Shown here: piece by piece, positions 25,308 through 35,987 of the stretch
Numbering within the stretch: position 1 is the first letter of the stretch
Layout of the letters: every line of letters starts with the position of its first letter
Source: Octopus sinensis
Lineage: Eukaryota
Length of the DNA stretch: 64,000 nt
NCBI RefSeq assembly: GCF_006345805.1
Contig: NC_043014.1
Span: forward strand, 3,038,001 to 3,102,000
Reading direction: 5' to 3'
The notes under the pieces: model-generated
The model's database searches: none
Seen by the model: only the letters and a program-made list of their open reading frames with translations
Told to the model about the DNA's origin: nothing
Position numbers and translations under genes: made by a program

Positions 25308-26451
25308 AGAGAGATAATATAAATAGATGAATCATTTGAAGTGGACGGTATGTGTGGGGGCAATGTGAGATATTTCAAGGGTTTGAAATGTGAAAAGATT
25401 CTGACAATGATGACGGTGATGATGATGATGGTGATGAAGATGATGACGATTACCACAACAAGGATGATGGTGATGATGAGAATTACAACGATGAAAATGA
25501 TGATAATGATGAAGATCATCATCATCATTGTTTAACATCCGCTTTCCATGATGGCAAGGGTCGGATGATTTGACTGAGGTCTGGCGAACCAGATGGCTGC
25601 GCCAGGCTCCAATCTGATCTGGCAGAGTTTCTACAGCTGGATGCCCTTCCTAACGCCAACCACTCCGAGAGTGTAGTGGGTGCTTTTAAAGTGCCTCTGG
25701 CACGAGGGCCAGTCTGGCGGGACTGGCAATGACCATGCTCGAAAATGGTGTTTTTTATGTGCCACCTGCACAGGAGTCAGTCCGGCAGCACTGGCAATGA
25801 CCTCGCTTGAATGTTTTGTTCACGTGCCAGTGAGGCAGAGCTGACAACGATCATGCTCAAATGGTGCTCTTTACGTGCCAGACAGCTGCTCTGGCAGTGA
25901 TCCCGCTTGGATGGAGCTGTTAGTGCTCCACTGGCACGGGTGCCATGGTGCCAAGATGACAATGAAGATGATTTGTAGTGAATAAGAACGAAAGAATAAA
26001 TAAAATGTGTGAAAGCTCCAAAAATAAAGGACAGATTTTTAGCTTTGCTTTCATGGAATCAAACAGAATACAGGAGGATTCCATTCCCCACCCCCACCAG
26101 GCAGTCTGTATAGGACACCATTCTCTCATCATCATCATAATCATCGTCATATATAAAGAGGTACCGGATCATTTGAGAATGTTCCGTAATTACATAACGG
26201 CTGAGCTCCATCAGTGTAACGGAGAATACAGTGTTACATTACAGAGATAAGAGTGGTGTAAGATATAAGCCTCATCCGCAACAGGACATCGAAATCTAAT
26301 TAAGGTAACACAAGTAACATTAACCAGGTGATCTCTCTCTCTCTCTCTGGCTAATAGCAAATCACATGGTAAATGTAGCTAATGGAAGAATATGGTTTTA
26401 TAGCACCAACACAACAGACAGAATAAGGGTGGGGTGTGTGCATGATATCTA

Positions 26452-26494
<43 letters not shown>

Positions 26495-26558
26495 CGGAGT
26501 AAACACATAAATGTGAAACAAGGTGGAAAAAAGAGTACTCAAATACCAGTGGTGAGTA

Positions 26559-26698
26559 ATATGCTTTATTTAAAGCAGCAGAAAATTCAATGAAACCTGT
26601 TACTCTGAGTTTCACGTTGCCATTCGTGGACGAACGGCAATGTGAAACTCAGAGTAACAGGTTTTGTTGAATTTTCTGCTGCTTTAAATAAAGTATAT
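26559..26698. repeat. Near-perfect 140-bp palindrome (69-bp arms, 2-nt loop) with truncated hammerhead-like cores
   Basis: 26559-26627 pairs with 26630-26698 (5 mismatches). Each arm reads outward as ACGA-A(C/T)G-GCAA-(C/T)GT-GAAAC-TCAGA-GTA-ACAGG. Confidence 0.9.
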
Positions 26699-26769
26699 AT
26701 ATATGAATTTTTTGTGTAATGAGATAAAAAAAACCAAGGCTGTATAGATATTAGAGCATTTATAGATAG

Positions 26770-26821
26770 GTCTTACAGCTGTTTCTAGGATATTAATTAA
26801 TAATATCCCTTCATCAGAGAC
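26770..26821 (-). ncRNA. Minimal type I hammerhead ribozyme motif (Penelope-like retroelement type), APP sense strand
   Basis: Minus strand reads GTCT-CTGATGA-AG-GGATATTA-TTAAT-TAATATCC-TA-GAA-AC-AGCT-GT-A-AGAC: stem I GTCT/AGAC, core CUGAUGA, 8-bp stem II, GAAA, palindromic stem III ACAGCTGT, GUA cleavage triplet. Extra bases flank stem II, so it is not fully canonical. Confidence 0.75.
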
Positions 26822-26981
26822 GGTGTGAGAGGATAATTAAGTCATAGTTAGTTTCAATGTGATACAAAATAGAGAGTGAGGTGGAGGAAAGAAAATAGTT
26901 GTAAGATACGTATGGTATGTAAGATATGTAATACATGTATCACATTGAAACTAACTATGACTTAATTTTTCCTCTCACACT

Positions 26982-27033
26982 ATCTCCGATGAAGGGATAT
27001 TATTAATTAATATCCTAGAAACAGCTGTAAGAC
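26982..27033 (+). ncRNA. Second hammerhead motif, variant core (CCGATGA), in the opposite arm of the inverted repeat
   Basis: ATCT-CCGATGA-AGGGATATTATTAATTAATATCCTA-GAAACAGCTGTA-AGAC. Same as the minus-strand copy except U4>C in the core and one stem I mismatch. Confidence 0.6.
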
Positions 27034-27591
27034 CTATCTATAAATGCTCTAATATCTATACAACCTTGGTTTTTTATCTCATTACGCAAAATATTTTTAT
27101 ACACATGCTGACATAGAACCAACGTTGAAACCTTTATTCGCAATATTACCGAATCTGGAACTTAACTATGGTCTGTCTATAGCACTTATTCAGCATTACC
27201 TGACACCTTTGGGTCTCAATGACACCATTATGCTAGGATAGGGCACCAATCTATTATAGGTAATATTACGCTAATTATCTCCTGTCTGTTTCCTACATGA
27301 CAGCTCTGGAGAATTGAGACAAATGTAGATAATGAAATTTGAATCATCTATCGGATCAATCGTTGATCAATATAGACAGACACATACATATGCATGTATA
27401 GGTAGATCAATAGACGCACAGACAGACATAACTATTCATTAACAGAGGCTGCTGTTGTTGTTGTTGATGCTCACACAGATTATTTCAATGTCAAGAACAT
27501 CATCAGATTTTGTTTGGTTGATAAAATAACCTTTGCTAGCTTTACTGACTTAACGACTTATTTACTTACCTGAGCACCTGCCCACTCCTAC

Positions 27592-27626
<35 letters not shown>

Positions 27627-30051
27627 AAACTAATAGCAAATGATTTAGACATTTAGGCCCATGTGCATGTATCTATTTCACAAATTCATTAACACACACT
27701 CCCACCCACAGTCATCATCATTCTAATGTCCCCTTTTCAAAGTTTCCACGGGTCAGATGATGCTTTTACAGGCAGGTTTTCTACAGCCTGGATGCCCTTC
27801 CTGTCACCAACCCTCGCAACCCCCCACCCCATAGCCAAGCATTTTTTTTTTTGCAGAATATTAGAAATGAACGACGTTCATTCACAAGTCATGTGATGCC
27901 AAAACAAGGAGAGGCAAACACACATACGATTAGCTTCTTATCAGTTTTAATCTACCAAACTCATGTACAGGGCCCTTTTATAGTAGAAGGCACTTGGCCA
28001 GGGTGCCATGCAGTGGTAATGAACCAGAAACCAAACAATAGAAAAGCAATCTTCTTAACCACACAACCACACCTGTACCTACAGGTGTGTGTGTGTCATC
28101 ATCATTTAACGTCCTCTTTCCATGCTGGCATGGGTTGGATGGTTTGACTGAGGACAGGCAAGCCAGGAGGCTGCACCAGGCCCCAATCTGATAAGGTTTC
28201 TACAGCTTGATGCCCTTCCTAACATCAACCATTCCAAGAGTGTAGTGGGTACTAATTACGTGCCACCAGCACAGGGGCCAGTCAGGCGGCACTGGCATCA
28301 ACTACACTCAAATGGTGCTTTTTACAGAGAGAGGGTGGGGTCTGTCACAACCCTACAGGCTATTTAGGCATGACCGTATCCTGGTTCTAATACTAATCCC
28401 TGAATGGTACACCTCCGGGTTTGCCACTGGTTCATGTTTGGTTGAGTGGATTGAGGCAACATGAAATGAAGTGCTTTGCTCAAGAACACGGTGCACTTCC
28501 CAGACCCGGAATTGTACCCAGTAGCAGATAAAGGGCTATTTTCCTTAATATATCACAACTATGGTCAGTAGTCCACTAAACCACTGAACAACTTTGTGGC
28601 ATATTCCAAGATGAACTTTACCCTTCATCTCTTTGGGGGAGGGGTCAATAAAATAACAGCCAGTACTGTGTTCAAATCCATGCTCTGTTTGTGAAGTCAG
28701 ATCTGGAGAGGGATGAATGCTACCACATCTAAATATACTCAAGACATGCTATATGCATCGGATCGTCAAGAGATGGAAGTTCAAGCAATGAAGGAATGAC
28801 ATAAATTGCAGGTTCGTTAAAAAGTAATCAATATTACAAAGTTCAATCACAAATAATAGCTGTTGCTATGACAACCATCTGTCATCTCTGGTCAGTTCCC
28901 ATTAGGCCACCAGGGTAGCTGGCTGAATCAATATGCAGGATTCACCTGTGGTAAGAAGCGTGCTTCCCAAATGCATGGCTCTGGGTTCAGTCCTACTGCG
29001 TGGCACCTTGAGCAACTATCTTCTACTACAGAAGACAAAAGGCTTGTAAGTGGATTTGGTGGACGGAAACAGAAAGAAGCCTGTCATATATGTGTGTATT
29101 TGTGTATCTGTTTGTCCCCCCCCCCACCAATGCTTGACAACTGATGTTGGTGTGTTTAAATCCCCATAACTTAGTGGTTCAGGAAAAGCGACCGATAGAA
29201 TAAGTTCTGGGTTTGATTTGACTAAAGGCGGTGCTCCAGCATGGCTGCAGTCGAAGGACTGAAACAAGGAAAAGGAATATAAAAGATTATATGCAGCTTC
29301 CATGTAGAAGGGCATGCTGTACTACACTGTCTGGTAGGGCACCCAAGGGAGTGGCAGAATGTAGAAAGGAGAAGTTTCCCCTTCCATCTATAGGCTGGGG
29401 TGGCACCTTGGGCAAATGCTAGCAACCCCTCTGCCTCCCATGTCAGGGATATGGTAAAGATGTCATCAGCTGACAAGATGGAGGAGTCCAACACTGATGG
29501 CTAGAACGTTATTGCAGCCAAGATCTGTACCTATTTCTTTACTACCTACAAGGGGCTAAACACAGAGGGGACAAACAAGGATAGACAAACGGATTAAGTC
29601 GATTATATCGAACCCAGTGCGTAACTGGTACTTATTTAATCGACGATCAAAGGATGAAAAGCAAAGTCGACCTCGGCGGTATTAGATCTTAGAACAAAGA
29701 CAGACGAAATACCTATTTCTTTACTACCCACAAGGGGCTAAACATAGAGGGGACAAACAAGGAGAGACAAATGGATTAAGTCGATTATATCGATGCCAGT
29801 GCGTAACTGGTACTTTATTTATCGACCCCGAAAGGATGAAAGGCAAAGTCGACCTCGGTAGAATTTGAACCACCTTAATAATAATAATAATTATTATTAT
29901 TATTTTAAAGTTAAAGAAGCGATTTTTTAAATTCTCAAACGCAGGATAATGCTAATAATATAGCCTGAACAGGATAAACTAGCCATATTTTGCAGAAAAA
30001 AGTGTTGGTGGTCAGCGTTTTTTTTTTAATCATTTTTTTTTTTGGCCACAA

Positions 30052-30445
30052 GGCGCAGGAGTGGCTGTGTGGTAAGTAGCTTGCTAACCAACCACATGGT
30101 TCCGGGTTCAGTCCCACTGCGTGGCATCTTGGGCAAGTGTCTTCTGCTATAGCCCCGGGCCGACTAATGCCTTGTGAGTGGATTTGGTAGACGGAAACTG
30201 AAAGAAGCCTGTCGTATATATGTATATATATATGTATGTGTGTGTGTTTGTGTGTCTGTGTTTGTCCCCCTAGCATTGCTTGACAACCGATGCTGGTGTG
30301 TTTACGTCCCCGTCACTTAGCGGTTCGGCAAAAGAGACCGATAGAATAAGTACTGGGCTTACAAAGAATAAGTCCCGGGGTCGATTTGCTCGACTAAAGA
30401 CGGTGCTCCAGCATGGCCGCAGTCAAATGACTGAAACAAGTAAAA
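30052..30445 (+). mobile_element. tRNA-derived SINE family A, full-length copy
   Basis: GGCGCAGGAGTGGCTGTGTGGTAAG...GGGTTCAGTCCC...AAACAAGTAAAAGAGAGTAAAGAG. Confidence 0.88.
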
Positions 30446-30568
30446 GAGAGTAAAGAGTAAGGGCTGCTAAAAAAAAAAGCCCATTTAGGACAACACAAAA
30501 GACCGTAAGGGTTAATGTAGAAATGTGTAAACAACGATAACGATGGTAATATTGTTTGGAATACTCAC

Positions 30569-30736
30569 AGTTTTACAATACGAAAGTATTTGAACAGGAC
30601 TGCTAAGACAGCTTTTGCTGTCGTCAGTGTCAGCTTGCCAGCCATTTGGTGTTCGGTGCATGGCAGGTTTGTTGCAGAGGAAGGCCACCATCGGCTCAAA
30701 TTTTCTGGCATTCATGTCCATGTTGACAACCACAGC
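30569..30736 (-). CDS. APP: APP exon: N-terminal growth-factor-like domain (probable exon 2; signal-peptide exon not located)
   Basis: AVVVNMDMNARKFEPMVAFLCNKPAMHRTPNGWQADTDDSKSCLSSPVQILSYCKT (compare APP EPQIAMFCG...ILQYCQE). 168 nt, phase 0-0; acceptor tttacag 30739-30737, donor GTGAGT 30568-30563. Confidence 0.96.
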
Positions 30737-31230
30737 CTGTAAAATAAAGAAGATAAGGGGTTAAGAAACTTAGGTATTAAAACAAGGAACAGTATCATAT
30801 AATAAATTCCTTTAAAAAAATCTTATTCCAAATACTGTAAAATTTCTACATCAGATGCTATAGGAAGACACTCAGACACTTGGAAGGAATCTGTACCTAT
30901 TTCTTTACTACCCACAAGGGGCTAAACACAGAGGGGACAAACAAGGATAGACAAACAGATTAAGTCGATTATATCGACCCCAGTACGTAACTGGTACTTA
31001 ATTTATCAATCCCGAAAGGATTCCTTCCAATTTTTGGTGTAAGACCTGCAATTTTGAGGGGAAGGGATAGTGAATTACAATGCCCCCAGGGTTCAACTGG
31101 TACTTATTTGCAAAGAAGAAAGGCCAAGTTGAACTTGGTGAGATTTGAACTCAAAACATTAAGTGTCAGGAGATATGCTGCTAATGATTCAGCCAGCTCA
31201 TTGCTTTATATTCAACACATTTATGATAAA

Positions 31231-31534
31231 CTAGCAGTATCGCCCGGTGTTGCTCGGGTTTGTAAGGGAAATAACTATATAAGCATTTTTAGAGTTACTT
31301 CCCTTATATAACCCGAGCAAAAATCATTAAAAATGGAAAAAAATGATGGTAAATTTTTTTTAAATCGTAGACACATCGTAGACGCGCGCTAATACCCAGA
31401 AGGGCTCGATATGAATGACGACTATAAGATACCCACTTTTGGTTAAACTGCACCGCAAAATGTGGGAGTAGTTAGGAATCTAAATCGGAGGAGACAGAGT
31501 CTCACACACACAACTTCAATTTTATATATAAAGA
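31231..31534 (-). mobile_element. Non-autonomous Helitron-like element
   Basis: 5' TCTTTATATATAAA, 3' hairpin CCCG(A)GCAACACCGGG then CTAG|T. Confidence 0.72.
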
Positions 31535-31803
31535 TTACTTTAATTGCCAAAAAGCAATGAAACACTAAAATATAGCACACACACACACAAACAATTACTC
31601 TCAGGAGACTAATTGTTTCTCCCCTTAACAATATAAAACCCAGTGCCCATGAAATCCTTCAGAGTTTTGAAAATATTTACATATTTACATTTTTTATTGG
31701 CAAAAATATTTTTTATAACATTTGGGATAAAAAATTATGCATTTCCAATTTCGAAGAGGGGGGCAAAGAGAACTTTGGGGAGGGGGTGAGAAATATAGTG
31801 CTC

Positions 31804-32276
31804 TTAACCCTTTCGTTACTGTATTTATTTTAAGATGCTCTGTGTTTCTTTCAATTACTTAGAATTTAGTAAAATAACTTAGCTATCATTAAGCAAGTCT
31901 TAGGAACATAAATTGTGACTAAGGTTTGGTGGAAGATTTTAATTCAGAACTTATGAAAACAAGACATTTGTACAACAGAGTCAGAGGTGGGTTTCAACCA
32001 GGTTGGTGTCAAAAGGATTAAGAATCGTTTCTCTATTATATATATTTTAACCCCTTTGTTATTGTATTTCTGTTGAGATGCTCTGAGTTTCTTTCTATTA
32101 ATTTAAATATAACAAAGAATTTAGTAAAACAACTTAGTTATCATTAAGCTAGTGTTAGGAAAATAAATTGTGACTAAGGTTTGGTGGAAGATTTTAATTC
32201 AAAACTTATGAAAACAAGACATTTGTACTACAGAGCCAGAAGGGGGCTTCAGGTGGGTTGGTAACAAAAGGGTTAA
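31804..32276. mobile_element. Two tandem piggyBac-type MITEs, same family as 18291-19026
   Basis: Units 31804-32021 and 32047-32276 with TTAA ends and the same spacer GAAT(C/T)GTTTCTCTATTATATATATT. Confidence 0.8.
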
Positions 32277-32879
32277 AACAAACTAATGAATGGTTATACA
32301 AGTTCCCTTATTGCAGCTTGTAGATTCATATGGTCCCAACTTTTAAACAGTACATATACTTTTACAGAAAAGGAAATGTGATTGTTGGTATATGGCTAGG
32401 GGATTAGGGTGTTGCATTCATGATCTAAGGTCCTGGTTTCTATTCCAGGAGTAGGCGGTGCAGAATTTTCCTGAGCAGAACACTTCATTTCTTGTTGCTG
32501 CATTTCACTCAACCATAGATGAATGATCTTGTTAGAGACTGACAGCCTATCCAGGGGGAAATATTCTGATCTCGAATGCCATGGAAACCAAGTAACCAAG
32601 CACAATGAGTTCTAGGACTCGAGACACTAACATCCAGGGGTTGACGACAATGAAATAAATATGGTTGCTACATTGAACAGGTAGTCAAGTGAAACATAGA
32701 AACAATTGCTGTTCTGTATGGGGGTCCAGTAAGGTAGTTTCATTGAGGGCACGGAGGGACTTGGACAAACTTTTGTTTTTACTTCATCAGCAAATGGCTT
32801 TGTTTTATACGATGGGTGATGATAAAAGTAAGATTTTGGATGATTGGGGTTCTTCATTTGCCATTGCGTTAGGTTCTTT

Positions 32880-33274
32880 TCTTCTTTTGTTAGTTTGTCA
32901 TGTGACTGTGGCCATGCTGGAGCACCACGTTTTAGTCGAACAAATCGAATCCAGGACTTATTCTTTGTAAGCCAAGTACTTATTCTATTGGTCCCTTTTT
33001 GCCAAACCACTAAGTTATGGGGGGACGTAAACACACCAGCATCGGATGTCAAGCGATGTTGTGTGTGTGTGTGTGTGGGGGGGGAACAAGCACAGACACA
33101 CACATACGACGGGCTTCTTTCAGTTTCTATCTACCAAATCCACTTGCAAGTCTTCGGTCGGCCCGAGGCTATAGTAGAAAACACTTGCCCGAGGTGCCAC
33201 GCATCAGGACAGGACTGAACCTGGAACCATGTGGTTAGTAATCAAGCTACATACCACACAGCCACTCCTGCGCC
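32880..33274 (-). mobile_element. tRNA-derived SINE family A, full-length copy
   Basis: Reverse complement of the family A consensus seen at 30052-30445. Confidence 0.85.
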
Positions 33275-33280
33275 TAGGTG

Positions 33281-33503
33281 TTAACCTTTTGGCATCTAAA
33301 CTAGGAATTTCTGGCCCAAAATATTCTGTTTTAAGTTTAATCAAGTCAGATCTAGCCTCTCACACCTGTCATGCAATGTTATTATAAAAATAATCCATCG
33401 TTAAAATTTCAAAGCAATGAGATTAATTAAATAATTAAATTCAAAACGATGTGAATAATTGAACATTACATTTGAAAGCGTGATCTGGATGCTAAAGGGT
33501 TAA
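33281..33503. mobile_element. piggyBac-type MITE, second family
   Basis: TTAACCTTTTGGCATC...GATGCTAAAGGGTTAA. An oppositely oriented relative lies at 49229-49454 and a fragment near 16127-16160. Confidence 0.65.
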
Positions 33504-35589
33504 TACCAGATCAGCCCTGATTAAGCAACCCTATAAGAGGATCCAGCCATGACCATTCCTTCTCATCCCATCTTTATTTTTATTTTATTTCATTTTTTTG
33601 ATAGATAGAACAAAAGTGCAAAACAGAAGCCAATTTCATTGTTGTTGTTGCTGTATTAGTAGTGGCTACAGTACATCAGTGGTAATCATAACAAAGATGG
33701 TGGAGGTGGTAGCGGCGAAGCTGGATGAAGACATCAAACGCTGTACATAATCTTGTCCAAGAAATTTACTACTAAGTTGATTAGCAAAAGTTCTGACCTA
33801 TCCTCCTTCTATGAAAGTACCAGCTTAATCTCATCGCACATCTCCAATCCTCCGACCTCTATGTCAGGCAGATGGCTTGATGTAGCTTCATCAACACCAC
33901 CATGACCACCACCACCAACAACAACAACAATAACAACAACATCAGTTCAATGTCATTATAGCAAAAACTTCCCTACAGCAGTCTTGATCTTTTAAGAAAT
34001 AATCAATATGTAGTAGTAGTGGTGGTAGTAACAGTAATAGTAGTAGTTTTGATGGTGGGAGTGATGGAGCTAGTGGTGGTGGTGGTCATGGCGGAGGCAG
34101 TGGTGAGGCTGGGGTTTGGTTGGGTTGAAATCTACACGAGTTTCTATAAATGCTGCGACATTTCATGAGAAAGTGTTTGCAGAGTTAAAAGCAGCGCTTG
34201 GTAAATACCAGGAGATTAAGCGAGGTTGATAACAACAGAAAGAGGAGGGTTGGTCACTAAGGCAACGGAGAGGATTAGAGAGTAAGGATTGGCAATTGGC
34301 AATAAAGAGGGTTAGAGAGTAAAACTGATGATGACGATGATGATGGAAGTGGTGGTGGTGGTGGTGGTGATAGTTGTGACAAAGACAATTGTTGTGATGG
34401 TATGACAGTGGTGGTGATGGTGGTAGTGATGGTGGTGGTGGTGATGGTGGTGATGGTGGTGGTGATGGTGGTGATGGTGGTGATGGTGGTGGTGATGGTG
34501 GTGGTGGTGATGGTGATGGTGGTGGTGGTGGTGATGGTGGTGGTGATGGTATTGGGTGAATAACAAACAACAATTGTTGTCTCTGCCAACTGTAACCCCT
34601 TTAAGGGATACTCGTCCCTACAACCCGCTCCCCACAAATGTGGCAAACTATGGTGCCTCAAGAGTTAAACACCTCATGCGCAAATGTATACATTGACAGA
34701 TACAAGCATGGCTGTGTGGTAATAATGCTGCACCTCGGCCACGTGGCTTCGGGTTCAATCCCACTGTGTGGTACCTTGAGTGTCTTCTACTATAGCCCCA
34801 GGCTGACCAATGCCTTGTGGGTGGATTTGACAGACAGATACTAAAAGAAGATCACTGAGTGTGTGTGTGTGTGTCCCACCAGTGCCTGACAACCAGTCTT
34901 GGTTTGTTTATGTCTCCATAACTTAGCAGTTCAGCAAAAGAAACAGATAGAATAAGTCCTAGATTTAAGGAAACCCCCCAAAAAATAAGTACTGGGAACG
35001 ATTTTTTCAACCAAAATTCTTCAAAGCAGTGCTCCAGCATGGCTACAGTCTAATGACTGAAACAAGTAAAATATAACAATATCTGTCTGTCCGTCCATAT
35101 ATCGACAGAAGCATGGCTTGGCAGTTTAGAAGTTTGCTCCCTAATCAAATTGTCATGGGTTCAATATCAGAGTATGGACCTTAAACAAGTACCTTATATA
35201 TACCACAGCCCTAGAGCCAACCTAAATTTGTGACTGGATTCGGTAGACAGAAACTGAAAGAAGCCTGCTCTGTATATATATATATAATCAAACGAATAAA
35301 AATGTGTGTTTATATTCCTTTGAATACACCAAGGAATACACGACTTGTCAGACACCCTAGAGTATACCAACAACATACTATTCAATGTAACACATAACGT
35401 GAACAAACCCCTTAGGCCCTAAATACTCACAGGATTGGTTTTCTCTGCATACAAAACTGAGATGTCCTACTCAATGTCTCAATTACAACCAACCACTGGC
35501 TGGAATTACAGGCATTGCTCAACTCTACCTGGTGCATACCTGTCAAGTACCTGATTCTATCGGAATCCACATTTTAATTCTTATATATA

Positions 35590-35987
35590 CTAGCAGTATC
35601 GCCCGGTGTTGCTCGAGTTTGTTTCGACCCTTTAGAATTGGAATTTTTGAAAAGTAAAAATTTTGCATTATGTAGCTTGTTATTCTCTTTAAGTGAACTT
35701 TTTTCTGGTTGAAATACACCGAAAAATGGCGACACAGCAGTCAAAAGATCATAAAAAATAGGGATTTTCATAGAAAAAAAAGCACCTTTTTGATGTAAAT
35801 AATTTTTAGTGTTAACATGGTCCGATTTGAATTTTTTCTTCTACGGAATGAAGAGCAAGCCTTCTTCTATCATACTCTCAATTTTGGTCAACTTGCACCA
35901 CAGGGTCTCAGAGGAGATAGTGTTAGTTGAAGGCTACCAAACCTGCCATACACAGACAACTTCAGCTTTATAGAGAGAGAGAAGAGA
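35590..35987 (-). mobile_element. Non-autonomous Helitron-like element, full copy of a family also seen as fragments
   Basis: TC...CTAG termini with a GC hairpin. Fragments of the same sequence at 11224-11490 (+, 5' part), 40501-40730 (-) and 58104-58240 (-); a related 3' end lies at about 19530-19558 (+). Confidence 0.75.

Larger units (their letters stand above)
26710..27091. repeat. Long inverted repeat (about 157-bp arms, 69-bp spacer), Penelope-like remnant
   Basis: 26710-26866 is the reverse complement of 26936-27091 with roughly 7-8 differences by manual comparison; each arm carries a hammerhead motif. Confidence 0.92.

Noticed and set aside
27100-27240. TPLGLN-containing frame next to the hammerhead fold-back, resembling the P-x-GLN end of Penelope GIY-YIG endonucleases
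   Set aside because: Upstream residues lack other GIY-YIG motifs, so it could be chance; a profile-HMM search would be needed.
30052-30125. tRNA-like A/B boxes in SINE heads
   Set aside because: They continue directly into SINE bodies and no complete cloverleaf is evident, so they are not called tRNA genes.
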